Positions 11,911 through 26,710 of a DNA stretch of 60,945 bases are shown here, one piece after another. Position 1 is the stretch's first letter, and each line of letters opens with the position of its first letter. Made by a program: the position numbers and the translations under genes. Origin of the DNA: Nemertoderma westbladi. Its lineage: Eukaryota; Animalia; Xenacoelomorpha. The DNA lies in NCBI GenBank assembly GCA_032718475.1, contig JAUCBJ010003500.1, positions 1 to 60,945 on the forward strand. Reading direction: 5' to 3'. The notes under the pieces were generated by a model. That model did not search any database. It saw nothing but the letters and a program-made list of their open reading frames with translations, and was not told the origin of the DNA.

Positions 11911-14900
11911 CAAACTTTATTTAAACTTCAGTTTATAATAATTTACCGGGTTGGGTTGCCTTTTGTTATACAAACTTTATTTAAACTTCAGTTTATAATA
12001 ATTTACCGGGTTTGGTTGCCTTTGGTTACACAAACTTTATTTAAACTTCAGTTTATAATAATTTACAGGGTTGGGTTGCCTTTGGTTACACTAACTTTAT
12101 TTAAACTTCAGTTTATAATAATTTACCTGGTTGGGTTGCCTTTGGTTACACAAACTTTATTTAAACTTCAGTTTATAATAATTTACCTGGTTGGGTTGCC
12201 TTTGGTTACACAAACTTTATTTAAACTTCAGTTTATAATAATTTACCTGGTTGGGTTGCCTTTGGTTAAACAAACTTTATTTCAACTTCAGTTCATAATA
12301 ATGTACCGAATTGGGTTGCCTTTGGTTACACAAACTTTATTTAAACTTCAGTTCATAATAATTTACCGGGTTGGGTTGCCTTTGGTTACACAAACTTATT
12401 TAAACTTCAGTTTATAATAATTTTCCTGGTTGGGTTGCCTTTGGTTAAACAAACTTTATTTCAACTTCAGTTCATAATAATGTACCGAATTGGGTTGCCT
12501 TTGGTTACACAAACTTTATTTAAACTTCAGTTCATAATAATTTACCGGGTTGGGTTGCCTTTGGTTACACAAACTTTATTTAAACTTCAGTTCATAATAA
12601 TTTACCTGGTTGGGTTGCCTTTGGTTACACAAACTTTATTTAAACTTCAGTTTATAATAATTTACGTGGTTGGGTTGGCTTTGGTTACACAAACTTTATT
12701 TAAACTTCAATTTATAATAATTTACCAGGTTTGGTTGCCTTTGGTTACACAAACTTTATTTAAACTTCAGTTTATAATAATTTACCGGGTTTGGTTGCCT
12801 TTGGTTACACAAACTTTATTTAAACTTCAGTTTATAATAATTTACCGGGTTTGGTTGCCTTTGGTTACACAAACTTTATTTAAACTTCAGTTTATAATAA
12901 TTTACCGGGTTTGGTTGCCTTTGGTTACACAAACTTTATTTAAACTTCAGTTTATAATAATTTACCGGGTTTGGTTGCCTTTGGTTACACAAACTTTATT
13001 TAAACTTCAGTTTATAATAATTTACCGGGTTTCGTTGCCTTTGGTTATACAAACTTTATTTAAACTTCAGTTTCTAATAATTTACCGGATTTGGTTGCCT
13101 TTGGTTACACAAACTTTATTTAAACTTCAGTTCATAATAATTTACCGCGTTGGGTTGCCTTTGATTACAAAAACTTTATTTAAACTTCAGTTCATAATAA
13201 TTTACCGGGTTTGGTTGCCTTTGGTTACACAAACTTTATTTAAACTTCAGTTTATAATAATTTACCGGGTTTGGTTGCCTTTGGTTACACAAACTTTATT
13301 TAAACTTCAGTTTATAATAATTTACCGGGTTTGGTTGCCTTTGGTTACACAAACTTTATTTAAACTTCAGTTTATAATAATTTACCGGGTTTGGTTGCCT
13401 TTGGTTACACAAACTTTATTTAAACTTCAGTTTATAATAATTTACCGGGTTTCGTTGCCTTTGGTTATACAAACTTTATTTAAACTTCAGTTTCTAATAA
13501 TTTACCGGATTTGGTTGCCTTTGGTTACACAAACTTTATTTAAACTTCAGTTCATAATAATTTACCGCGTTGGGTTGCCTTTGGTTACAAAAACTTTATT
13601 TAAACTTCAGTTCATAATAATTTACCGGGTTGGGTTGCCTTTGGTTACACAAACTTTATTTAAACTTCAGTTTATAATAATTTACCTGGTTGGGTTGCCT
13701 TTGGTTACACAAACTTTATTTAAACTTCATTTCATAATAATTTACCGGGTTTGGTTGCCTTTGGTTACACAAACTTTATTTAAACTTCAGTTTATAATAA
13801 TTTACCTCGTTGGGTTGCCTTTGGTTACACAAACGTTATTTATACTTCAGTTCACAATAATGTACCGAATTGGGTTGCCTTTGGTTACACAAACTTTATT
13901 TAAACTTCAGTTTATAATAATTTACCGGGTTTGGTTGCCTTTGGTTACACAAACTTTATTTAAACTTCAGTTTATAACAATTTACCGGGTTTGGTTGCCT
14001 TTGGTTACACAAACTTTATTTAAACTTCAGTTTATAACAATTTACCGGGTTTGGTTGCCTTTGGTTACACAAACTTTATTTAAACTTCAGTTTATAACAA
14101 TTTACCGGGTTTGGTTGCCTTTGGTTACACAAACTTTATTTTTAACTTCAGTTTATAATAATTTACCGGGTTTGGTTGCCTTTGGTTATACAAACTTTAT
14201 TTAAACTTCAGTTTCTAATAATTTACCGGGTTTGGTTGCCTTTGGTTACACAAACTTTATTTAAACTTCAGTTCATAATAATTTACCGAATTGGGTTGCC
14301 TTTGGTTACACAAACTTTATTTAAACTTCATTTCATAATAATTTACCGGGTTGGGTTGCCTTTGGTTACATAAACTTTATTTAAACTTCAGTTCATAATA
14401 ATTTACCTGGTTGGGTTGCCTTTGGTTACACAAACTTTATTTAAACTTCAATTTATAATAGTTTACCTGGTTGGGTTGCCTTTGGTTACACAAACTTTAT
14501 TTAAACTAATTTACCGAATTGGGTTGCCTTTGGTTACACAAACTTTATTTAAACTTCAGTTCATAATAATTTACCGGGTTTGGTTGCCTTTGGTTACACA
14601 AACTTTATTTAAACTTCAGTTTATAATAATTTACCTGGTTGGGTTGCCTTTGGTTAAACAAACTTTATTTAAAGTTAAGTTTATAATAATTTACCGGGTT
14701 AGGTTGCCTTTGGTTACACAAACTTTATTTAAACTTCAGTTTATAATAATTTACCAGGTTTGGTTGCCTTTGGTTATACAAACTTTATTTAAACTTCAGT
14801 TTATAATAATTTACCGGGTTTGGATGCCTTTGGTTACACAAACTTTATTTAATCTTCAGTTCGTAATAATTTACCGGGTTGGGTTGCCTTTGGTTACACA

Positions 14901-16317
14901 AACTTTATTTAAACTTCAGTTCATAATAATTTACCGGGTTGGGTTGACTTTGGTTACACAAACTTTATTTAAACTTCAGTTTATAATAATTTACCTGGTT
15001 GGGTTGCCTTTGGTTACACAAACTTTATTTAAACTTCAGTTTATAATAATTTACGTGGTTGGGTTGCCTTTGGTTACACAAACTTTATTTAAACTTCAGT
15101 TCATAATAATTTACCGGGTTGGGTTGCCTTTGGTTACACAGACTTTATTTAAACTTCAGTTTATAATAATTTACCTGGTTGGGTTGTCTTTGGTTACACA
15201 AACTTTATTTAAACTTCAGTTCATAATAATTTACCGGGTTGGGTTGCCTTTGGTTACACAAACTTTATTTAAACTTCAGTTTATAATAATTTACCGGGTT
15301 GGGTTGCCTTTGGTTACACAAACTTTATTTAAACTTCAGTTCATAATAATTTACCTGGTTGGGTTGCCTTTGGTTACACAAACTTTATTTAAACTTAAAT
15401 TTATAATAATTTACCTGGTTGGGTTGCCTTTGGTTATACAAACTTTATTTAAACTAATTTACCGAATTGGGTTGCCTTTGGTTACACAAACTTTATTTAA
15501 ACTTCAGTTCATAATAATTTACCGGGTTTGGTTGCCTTTGGTTACACAAACTTTATTTAACTTCAGTTTATAATAATTTACCTGGTTGGGTTGCCTTTGG
15601 TTAAACAAACTTTATTTAAACTTCAGTTTATAATAATTTACCGGGTTTGGTTGCCTTTGGTTACACAAACTTTATTTAAACTTCAGTTTATAATAATTTA
15701 CTGGGTTTGGTTGCCTTTGGTTACACAAACTTTATTTAAACTTCAGTTTATAATAATTTACCGGGTTTGGTTGCCTTTGTTTACATAAACTTTATTTAAA
15801 CTTCAGTTTATAATAATTTACTGGTTTTGGTTGCCTTTGGTTACACAAAATTTATTTAAACTTCAGTTTATAATAATTTACGTGGTTGGGTTGCCTTTGG
15901 TTACACAAACTTTATTTAAACTTCAATTTATAATAATTTACCTGGTTGGGTTGCCTTTGGTTACACAAACTTTATTTAAGTTCAGTTCATAATAATTTAC
16001 CGGGTTGGGTTGCCTTTGTTTACACAAACTTTATTTAAACTTCAGTTTATAATAATTTACCGGGTTGGGTTGCCTTTGGTTACACTAACTTTATTTAAAC
16101 TTCAGTTTATAATAATTTACCTGGTTGGGTTGCCTTTGGTTATACAAACTTTATTTAAACTTCAGATTATAATAATTTACCTGGTTGGGTTGCCTTTGGT
16201 TACACAAACTATATTTAAACTTCAGTTCATAATAATTTACCTGGTTAGGTTGCCTTTGGTTACACAAACTTTATTTAAACTTCAGTTTATAATAATTTAC
16301 GTGGTTGGGTTGCCTTT

Positions 16318-18489
16318 TTAATTTAATTTAATTTAATTTCATACACAAACAAACAAAATATAGTTTGGTACACCGTAATTAATGTGCACAAATCGACCAC
16401 CTAAACTATAAAATAACAAAAGCACAGACTGAAACAGAAACAAGACAAAATATTGGTAATATGTAAGTGTATTAAACCCTAACCAACAAACTAAGAGAAG
16501 AATCATGCAGTGGCAGCAAAATTTATAATATTATCTAGTTCAAGAGAATCAAAACCGGGAACACTAGCGTTATTTAACCGACAATTAATAAGTTCTTGTA
16601 ACAAAGGAACCCGCCATTCATTACCAACAGGCACATGTGCATAACTCAAACTATTAGCAAACCTTGGGACCAGAGAACGTAAATTATATATGTTACACCG
16701 GTTACCAATATTTCGTAAATTTGTGCCCGAACGTGTCCTACAATCAAAAACGCACAGTTCAGCCAAAAATCGTATAATACGTTTATTAGATGTGAGTAAA
16801 GAGTTAACAAATTTAACATAACGAGTTTGCAACATTACGCACGGATGCTTAAAAGGTACCAAATTCTCTACAATAAATCTATGTGTATTGTAAGGTAATC
16901 TGAATATTAATCTAATATTAATATTCCACGATGTATAAATTCTAGATGTACTGTCTGAAAAAAGGTCCCATAGATTACTCCCAAAAAGACAAGTTGCGTA
17001 AATCCGCTGGATATCGCACAATAAATAAGGATCAGAAAAATAAAACTCTTGTCTTAGTGCATTTAATTTACCTATTAATTGGCCGCGTTTTTTCAGTACA
17101 TCAGACACCATACTATTGCGAAAATCAAAAACATGCCCCAAATGAACTGCCTCACGAACCCATGGCAAATCGTGACCATTTAAATGTATTCTGGCAGCAG
17201 GTTCCCTCCAACGCGTCGAGTTGCTGAATGCAATACATTTCGATTTAGACTTCTCTGGAGTTACATTTGTACTGAAAACTAAATCATTATCTTGTGCAAA
17301 TCTTTCGCATAATGAAACCATAAACTGAAGGCCGCACAGAGATGGGCACAGCAAGAAAATATCATCCGCGTATGCTAGTGCACCCAAGAAATAAGTGCCT
17401 ATCCAGCATCCTACACCTGCCTCTCGCAGACGCACAAGGAGCGAGTTGAGAAGAATGCAAAACAGAATTGGCGAGGCCACAGATCCCTGTTTTACACCAT
17501 TAGAAATACCGAAAGGAGACGATAAAGTTTCATTCCAACGGACACAACAGGATTGATTGGAATATATCCACAGTAGGGTACGTAGGAATAACGGAGAGAA
17601 ACCCTTTTTGATCAGTTCCAAGAATAGTTTACACCACTCGACCATATCGAATGCCTTTGTGAGGTCAAGTAGACTCCCATATACTGGTGTATTGTACCTG
17701 GAGTAATGACCAATCACCTCTGAGGCCACCCACGAGCACTGGCTTGTCCCCGTACCAGACTGAAAACCGAACTGCAGCTCATCCAATGAAAGGCATTCAG
17801 ATTGTGACAGCAACATTACCCATTCAAATAGTTTGATTAACAATGATGACAAAGCTATTGCACGGTAGTTACTAGAGACGGCTTGATCACCCAGCTTATC
17901 TTTAATTAAAGGTAATATAACGCAAGTCAGAAGAAATTGAGGTACAAAACCATGAACAAGAAACAAGTTAAATAACCTAACTAATTGCTCTCTAAATTCC
18001 GGGCCCGCATTGATTAAGCAGTCCGAATCAAATCCAAAGGCTACATCTGTCTTAGAACTTTTAAGCTTATTCATAGCCTCCCAAACTAGCTCTGAAGTTA
18101 TAAGCGGCAATGCATCCCTATCACAACTGTCCAATTTCTCATGAATCTGCTGCCGTAAACCTTCCAAATTTGAGTTATAAGGTTGATTAAACAATGTGGA
18201 GTAAATTGAAGCAAAGCGATCAGCTATTGACTGTGAGTCAACACAGTCATCTATTCTAGAACTAACTACAGGCGACACCCGACGCAGCTTCTTAATCTCC
18301 TCGAATATCTGATGATTGTTTCTCAAACAGGCTTGCAGTAATTTGTCTCGCTGAATGTTATCAGAAGCGCGTTTCAACCGTCGCACAGCATATTTAAACT
18401 GAGCTCTTGTAACTCTACGCATATGAAATAGATGTGCATTTTGAGAAACATTCGGACACCCAGCAGACACCCAGACACTATGCCAACAA
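16318..18489 (-). mobile_element. 5'-truncated non-LTR retrotransposon (LINE) inserted in the 60-bp satellite; clade not resolved
   Basis: Uninterrupted RT ORF, about 165-nt 3'UTR and an (AAATT)n tail at 16318-16339. No TSD; about 4 bp (GGTT) of the monomer is missing at the junction. Confidence 0.95.
16503..18489 (-). CDS. LINE ORF2 reverse transcriptase, N-terminally truncated (no endonuclease domain)
   Basis: Motifs NYRAIALSS, QFGF, LDLTKAFD, GVKQGSVASP, YADD and HLG in the 655-aa ORF, with no internal stops. Confidence 0.92.
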
Positions 18490-21400
18490 ACACAAACTTT
18501 ATTTAAACTTCAGTTTATAATAATTTACCTGGTTGGGTTGCCTTTGGTTACACAAACTTTATTTAAACTTCAGTTTATAATAATTTACCTGGTTGGGTTG
18601 CCTTTGGTTACACAAACTTTATTTAAACTTCAGTTTATAATAATTTACCTGGTTGGGTTGCCTTTGGTTACACAAACTTTATTTAAACTTCAGTTCATAA
18701 TTATTTACCTGGTTAGGTTGCCTTTGGTTACACAAACTTTATTTAAACTTTAGTTTTTAATAATTTACCTGGTTGGGTTGCCTTTGGTTACACAAACTTT
18801 ATTTAAACTTCAGTTTATAATAATTTACCTGGTTGGGTTGCCTTTGGTTACACAAACTTTATTTAAACTTCCATTCATAATAATTTACCTGGTTAGGTTG
18901 CCTTTGGTTACACAAACTTTATTTAAACTTGAGTTTATAATAATTTACCTGGTTGGGTTGCCTTTGGTTACACAAACTTTATTTAAACTTCAGTTTATAA
19001 TAATTTACCGGGTTGGGTTGCCTTTGTTTACACAAACTTTATTTAAACTTCAGTTTATAATAATTTACCGGGTTGGGTTGCCTTTGGTTACACTAACTTT
19101 ATTTAAACTTCAGTTTATAATAATTTACCTGGTTGGGTTGCCTTTGGTTACACAAACTTTATTTAAACTTCAGTTCATAATAATTTACCTGGTTAGGTTG
19201 CCTTTGGTTACACAAACTTTATTTAAACTTCAGTTTATAATAATTTACGTGGTTGGGTTGCCTTTTGTTACACAAACTTTATTTAAACTTCAGTTTATAA
19301 TAATTTACCGGGTTGGGTTGCCTTTGGTTACACTAACTTTATTTAAACTTCAGTTTATAATAATTTACCTGGTTGGGTTGCCTTTGGTTACACAAACTTT
19401 ATTTAAACTTCAGTTTATAATAATTTACGTGGTTGGATTGCCTTTGGTTAAACAAACTTTATTTAAACTTCAATTTATATGTAATAATTTACCTGGTTGG
19501 GTTGCCTTTGGTTACACAAACTTTATTTAAACTAATTTACCGAATTGGGTTGCCTTTGGTTAAACAAACTTTATTTAAACTTCAGTTCATAATGATTTAC
19601 CGGGTTTGGTTGCCTTTGGTTACACAAATTTTATTTAAACTTCAGTTTATAATAATTTACCGGGTTGGGTTGCCTTTGGTTACACTAACTTTATTTAAAC
19701 TTCAGTTTATAATAATTTACCTGGTTGGATTGCCTTTGGTTACACAAACTTTATTTAAACTTCAGTTTATAATAATTTACGTGGTTGGGTTGCCTTTGGT
19801 TACACAAACTTTATTTAAACTTCAGTTTATAATAATTTACCTGGTTGGGTTGCCTTTGGTTACACAAACTTTATTTAAACTTCAGTTTATAATAATTTAC
19901 CTGGTTGGGTTGCCTTTGGTTACACAAACTTTATTTAAACTTCAGTTTATAATAATTTACCTGGTTGGGTTGCCTTTGGTTACACAAACTTTATTTAAAC
20001 TTCAGTTCATAATTATTTACCTGGTTAGGTTGCCTTTGGTTACACAAACTTTATTTAAACTTTAGTTTTTAATAATTTACCTGGTTGGGTTGCCTTTGGT
20101 TACACAAACTTTATTTAAACCTCAGTTTATAATAATTTACCTGGTTGGGTTGCCTTTGTTTACACAAACTTTATTTAAACTTCCGTTCATAATAATTTAC
20201 CTGGTTGGGTTGCCTTTGGTTACACAAACTTTATTTAAACTTCAGTTTATAATAATTTACCGGGTTGGGTTGCCTTTGTTTACACAAACTATATTTATAC
20301 TTCAGTTTATAATAATTTACCGGGTTGGGTTGCCTTTGGTTACACTAACTTTATTTAAACTTCAGTTTATAATAATTTACCTGGTTGGGTTGCCTTTGGT
20401 TACACAAACTTTATTTAAACTTCAGTTCATAATAATTTACCTGGTTAGGTTGCCTTTGGTTACACAAACTTTATTTAAACTTCAGTTTATAATAATTTAC
20501 CTGGTTGGATTGCCTTTGGTTACACAAACTTTATTTAAACTTCAGTTTATAATAATTTACGTGGTTGGGTTGCCTTTGGTTACACAAACTTTATTTAAAC
20601 TAATTTACCGAATTGGGTTGCCTTTGGTTACACAAACTTTATTTAAACTTCAGTTTATAATCATTTACCGGGTTGGGTTGCCTTTGGTTACACTAACTTT
20701 ATTTAAACTTCAGTTCATAATAATTTACCGGGTTGGGTTGCCTTTGGTTACACTAACTTTATTTAAACTTCAGTTCATAATAATTTACCTGGTTAGGTTG
20801 CCTTTGGTTACACAAACTTTATTTAAACTTCAGTTTATAATAATTTACCTGGTTGGATTGCCTTTGGTTACACAAACTTTATTTAAACTTCAGTTTATAA
20901 TAATTTACGTGGTTGGGTTGCCTTTGGTTACACAAACTTTATTTAAACTTCAATTTATATGTAATAATTTACCTGGTTGGGTTGCCTTTGGTTACACAAA
21001 CTTTATTTAAACTAATTTACCGAATTGGGTTGCCTTTGGTTAAACAAACTTTATTTAAACTTCAGTTTATAATCATTTACCGGGTTGGGTTGCCTTTGGT
21101 TACACTAACTTTATTTAAACTTCAGTTCATAATAATTTACCGGGTTGGGTTGCCTTTGGTTACACAAACTTTATTTAAACTAATTTACCGAATTGGGTTG
21201 CCTTTGGTTACACAAACTTTATTTAAACTTCAGTTTATAATCGTTTACCGGGTTGGGTTGCCTTTGGTTACACTAACTTTATTTAAACTTCAGTTCATAA
21301 TAATTTACCGGGTTGGGTTGCCTTTGGTTACACTAACTTTATTTAAACTTCAGTTCATAATAATTTACCTGGTTAGGTTGCCTTTGGTTACACAAACTTT

Positions 21401-24400
21401 ATTTAAACTTCAGTTTATAATAATTTACCTGGTTGGATTGCCTTTGGTTACACAAACTTTATTTAAACTTAAGTTTATAATAATTTACGTGGTTGGGTTG
21501 CCTTTGGTTACACAAACTTTATTTAAACTTCAATTTATATGTAATAATTTACCTGGTTGGGTTGCCTTTGGTTACACAAACTTTATTTAAACTAATTTAC
21601 CGAATTGGGTTGCCTTTGGTTAAACAAACTTTATTTAAACTTCAGTTTATAATCATTTACCGGGTTGGGTTGCCTTTGGTTACACTAACTTTATTTAAAC
21701 TTCAGTTCATAATAATTTACCGGGTTGGGTTGCCTTTGGTTACACTAACTTTATTTAAACTTCAGTTCATAATAATTTACCTGGTTAGGTTGCCTTTGGT
21801 TACACAAACTTTTTTTAAACTTCAGTTTATAATAATTTACCGGGTTGGGTTGCCTTTGGTTACACAAACTTTATTTAAACTTCAGTTTATAATAATTTAC
21901 CGGGTTTGGTTGCCTTTGGTTACACTAACTTTATTTAAACTTCAGTTCATAATAATTTACCTGGTTAGGTTGCCTTTGGTTACACAAACTTTATTTAAAC
22001 TTCAGTTTATAATAATTTACCGGGTTGGGTTGCCTTTGTTTACACAAACTTTATTTAAACTTCAGTTTATAATAATTTACCTGGTTAGGTTGCCTTTGGT
22101 TACACAAACTTTATTTAAACTTCAGTGTACAATAATTTACCGGGTTGGGTTGCCTTTGTTTACACAAACTTTATTTAAACTTCAGTTTATAATAATTTAC
22201 CAGGTTGGGTTGCCTTTGGTTACACTAACTTTATTTAAACTTCAGTTCATAATAATTTACCTGGTTAGGTTGCCTTTGGTTACAAAAACTTTATTTAAAC
22301 TTCAGTTTATAATAATTTACGTGGTTGGGTTGCCTTTGGTTACACAAACTTTATTTAAACTTCAATTTATATGTAATAATTTACCTGGTTGGGTTGCCTT
22401 TGGTTACACAAACTTTATTTAAACTAATTTACCGAATTGGGTTGCCTTTGGTTACACAAACTTTATTTAAACTTCAGTTCATAATAATTTACCGGGTTGG
22501 GTTGCCTTTGGTTACACAAACTTTATTTAAACTTCAGTTTATAATAATTTACCGGGTTGGGTTGCCTTTGGTTACACAAACTTTATTTAAACTTCACTTC
22601 ATAATAATTTACCTGGTTGGGTTGCCTTTGGTTACACAGACTTTATTTAAACTTCAATTTATAATAATTTACCTGGTTGGGTTGCCTTTGGTTACACAAA
22701 CTTTATTTAAACTAATTTACCGAATTGGGTTGCCTTTGGTTACACAAACTTTATTTAAACTTCAGTTCATAATAATTTACCGGGTTTGGTTGCCTTTGGT
22801 TACACAAACTTTATTTAAACTTTAGTTTATAATAATTTACCGGGTTTGGTTGCCTTTGGTTACACAAACTTTATTTAAACTTCAGTTCGTAATAATTTAC
22901 CGGGTTGGGTTGCCTTTGGTTACACAAACTTTATTTAAACTTCAGTTCATAATAATTTACCGGGTTGGGTTGCCTTTGGTTACACAAACTTTATTTAAAC
23001 TTCAGTTTATAATAATTTACCGGGTTGGGTTGCCTTTGGTTACACAAACTTTATTTAAACTTCAGTTCATAATAATTTACCTGGTTGGGTTGCCTTTGGT
23101 TACACAAACTTTATTTAAACTTAAATTTATAATAATTTACCTGGTTGGGTTGCCTTTGGTTATACAAACTTTATTTAAACTAATTTACCGAATTGGGTTG
23201 CCTTTGGTTACACAAACTTTATTTAAACTTCAGTTCATAATAATTTACCGGGTTTGGTTGCCTTTGGTTACACAAACTTTATTTAACTTCAGTTTATAAT
23301 AATTTACCTGGTTGGGTTGCCTTTGGTTAAACAAACTTTATTTAAACTTCAGTTTATAATAATTTACCGGGTTTGGTTGCCTTTGGTTACACAAACTTTA
23401 TTTAAACTTCAGTTTATAATAATTTACTGGGTTTGGTTGCCTTTGGTTACACAAACTTTATTTAAACTTCAGTTTATAATAATTTACCGGGTTTGGTTGC
23501 CTTTGGTTACATAAACTTTATTTAAACTTCAGTTTATAATAATTTACTGGGTTTGGTTGCCTTTGGTTACACAAACTTTATTTAAACTTCAGTTTATAAT
23601 AATTTACGTGGTTGGGTTGCCTTTGGTTACACAAACTTTATTTAAACTTCAATTTATAATAATTTACCTGGTTGGGTTGCCTTTGGTTACACAAACTTTA
23701 TTTAAGTTCAGTTCATAATAATTTACCGGGTTGGGTTGCCTTTGTTTACACAAACTTTATTTAAACTTCAGTTTATAATAATTTACCGGGTTGGGTTGCC
23801 TTTGGTTACACTAACTTTATTTAAACTTCAGTTTATAATAATTTACCTGGTTGGGTTGCCTTTGGTTATACAAACTTTATTTAAACTTCAGTTTATAATA
23901 ATTTACCTGGTTGGGTTGCCTTTGGTTACACAAACTATATTTAAACTTCAGTTCATAATAATTTACCTGGTTAGGTTGCCTTTGGTTACACAAACTTTAT
24001 TTAAACTTCAGTTTATAATAATTTACGTTGTTGGGTTGCCTTTGGTTACACAAACTTTATTTAAACTTCAGTTTATAATAATTTACCTGGTTGGGTTGCC
24101 TTTGGTTACACAAACTTTATATTTAAACTTCAGTTTATAATAATTTACCTGGTTGGGTTGCCTTTGGTTACACAAACTTTATTTAAACTTCAGTTTATAA
24201 TAATTTACCTGGTTGGGTTGCCTTTGGTTACACAAACTTTATTTAAACTTCAGTTCATAATTATTTACCTGGTTAGGTTGCCTTTGGTTACACAAACTTT
24301 ATTTAAACTTTAGTTTTTAATAATTTACCTGGTTGGGTTGCCTTTGGTTACACAAACTTTATTTAAACCTCAGTTTATAATAATTTACCTGGTTGGGTTG

Positions 24401-26156
24401 CCTTTGGTTACACAAACTTTATTTAAACTTCCGTTCATAATAATTTACCTGGTTGGGTTGCCTTTGGTTACACAAACTTTATTTAAACTTCAGTTTATAA
24501 TAATTTACCGGGTTGGGTTGCCTTTGTTTACACAAACTATATTTAAACTTCAGTTTATAATAATTTACCGGGTTGGGTTGCCTTTGGTTACACTAACTTT
24601 ATTTAAACTTCAGTTTATAATAATTTACCTGGTTGGGTTGCCTTTGGTTACACAAACTTTATTTAAACTTCAGTTCATAATAATTTACCTGGTTAGGTTG
24701 CCTTTGGTTACACAAACTTTATTTAAACTTCAGTTTATAATAATTTACGTGGTTGGGTTGCCTTTTGTTACACAAACTTTATTTAAACTTCAGTTTATAA
24801 TAATTTACCGGGTTGGGTTGCCTTTGGTTACACTAACTTTATTTAAACTTCAGTTTATAATAATTTACCTGGTTGGGTTGCCTTTGGTTACACAAACTTT
24901 ATTTAAACTTCAGTTCATAATAATTTACCTGGTTAGGTTGCCTTTGGTTACACAAACTTTATTTAAACTTCAGTTTATAATAATTTACGTGGTTGGATTG
25001 CCTTTGGTTACACAAACTTTATTTAAACTTCAATTTATATGTAATAATTTACCTGGTTGGGTTGCCTTTGGTTACACAAACTTTATTTAAACTAATTTAC
25101 CGAATTGGGTTGCCTTTGGTTACACAAACTTTATTTAAACTTCAGTTCATAATGATTTACCGGGTTTGGTTGCCTTTGGTTACACAAATTTTATTTAAAC
25201 TTCAGTTTATAATAATTTACCGGGTTGGGTTGCCTTTGTTTAAACAAACTTTATTTAAACTTCAGTTTATAATAATTTACCGGGTTGGGTTGCCTTTGGT
25301 TACACTAACTTTATTTAAACTTCAGTTTATAATAATTTACCTGGTTGGATTGCCTTTGGTTACACAAACTTTATTTAAACTTCAGTTTATAATAATTTAC
25401 GTGGTTGGGTTGCCTTTGGTTACACAAACTTTATTTAAACTTCAGTTCATAATAATTTACCTGGTTAGGTTGCCTTTGGTTACACAAACTTTATTTAAAC
25501 TTCAGTTCATAATGATTTACCGGGTTTGGTTGCCTTTGGTTACACAAATTTTATTTAAACTTCAGTTTATAATAATTTACCGGGTTGGGTTGCCTTTGTT
25601 TAAACAAACTTTATTTAAACTTCAGTTTATAATAATTTACCGGGTTGGGTTGCCTTTGGTTACACTAACTTTATTTAAACTTCAGTTTATAATAATTTAC
25701 CTGGTTGGATTGCCTTTGGTTACACAAACTTTATTTAAACTTCAGTTTATAATAATTTACGTGGTTGGGTTGCCTTTGGTTACACAAACTTTATTTAAAC
25801 TTCAATTTATATGTAATAATTTACCTGGTTGGGTTGCCTTTGGTTACACAAACTTTATTTAAACTAATTTACCGAATTGGGTTGCCTTTGGTTACACAAA
25901 CTTTATTTAAACTTCAGTTTATAATCATTTACCGGGTTGGGTTGCCTTTGGTTACACTAACTTTATTTAAACTTCAGTTTATAATAATTTACCGGGTTGG
26001 GTTGCCTTTGTTTACACAAACTTTATTTAAACTTCAGTTTATAATAATTTAGCTGGTTAGGTTGCCTTTGGTTACACAAACTTTATTTAAACTTCAGTGT
26101 ATAATAATTTACCGGGTTGGGTTGCCTTTGTTTACACAAACTTTATTTAAACTTCA

Positions 26157-26701
26157 TGTGACGGGATCCAGATGGGATCCCGGTTTATCCGGTTTTGTCA
26201 GTTCACGCGTCCCCGCCGTGTGTGAAGAGTAAAAGAGTTTCGGTTGTTCGACGTGTATAATGTTTGGGTATATGGATATAGATACGGTATAATGGTGGAT
26301 AAAGTTATTGCATATGGAAGGCGGGAGACGGTAATTGAAATCCCGGTACTTCCCTAACTAAACTATTGTAAGCTACAGTAACACCAGTAACTAGCACTGA
26401 GATAACTGAACTGATATGATTACAGGTTACTGGTTATATTGCACGGTGGCCTTATTGCTACTCAATCGATGCCTTTCCCCCCTCCTGATTGGTTGGTACC
26501 CTTGTTGGTGCCCTTTGGAGTGTTCCCGTTCACTCCACCTGTTCTCTCTGGGTTAGGGGTTTGGCCCCTGACCCTCATTGTGTGTTTCCTTCCCATTTTT
26601 ATTGGGATGGCACGAGTTGGTTAATTACCCAATCTCGTGGCTCCCAATATTGCTTATCGGCTTAACTTTATGGGGTGTTAGCGGGATTGAATAAGCTAAC
26701 A
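26157..26701 (-). repeat. 3' LTR (545 bp)
   Basis: Direct repeat of 37981-38525; 3 substitutions seen. Confidence 0.97.
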
Positions 26702-26710
26702 CTCCCCCCC
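26702..26710 (-). other. Polypurine tract (GGGGGGGAG) abutting the 3' LTR
   Basis: Purine run immediately upstream of the TG of the 3' LTR on the sense strand. Confidence 0.9.

Noticed and set aside
1-26156. CRISPR-like array
   Set aside because: Head-to-tail monomers with no unique spacers and no cas genes; eukaryotic context.
26439-26624. 61-aa hydrophobic ORF in both LTRs
   Set aside because: Antisense, non-ATG start, no recognisable motif; duplicated only because it lies in the LTR.
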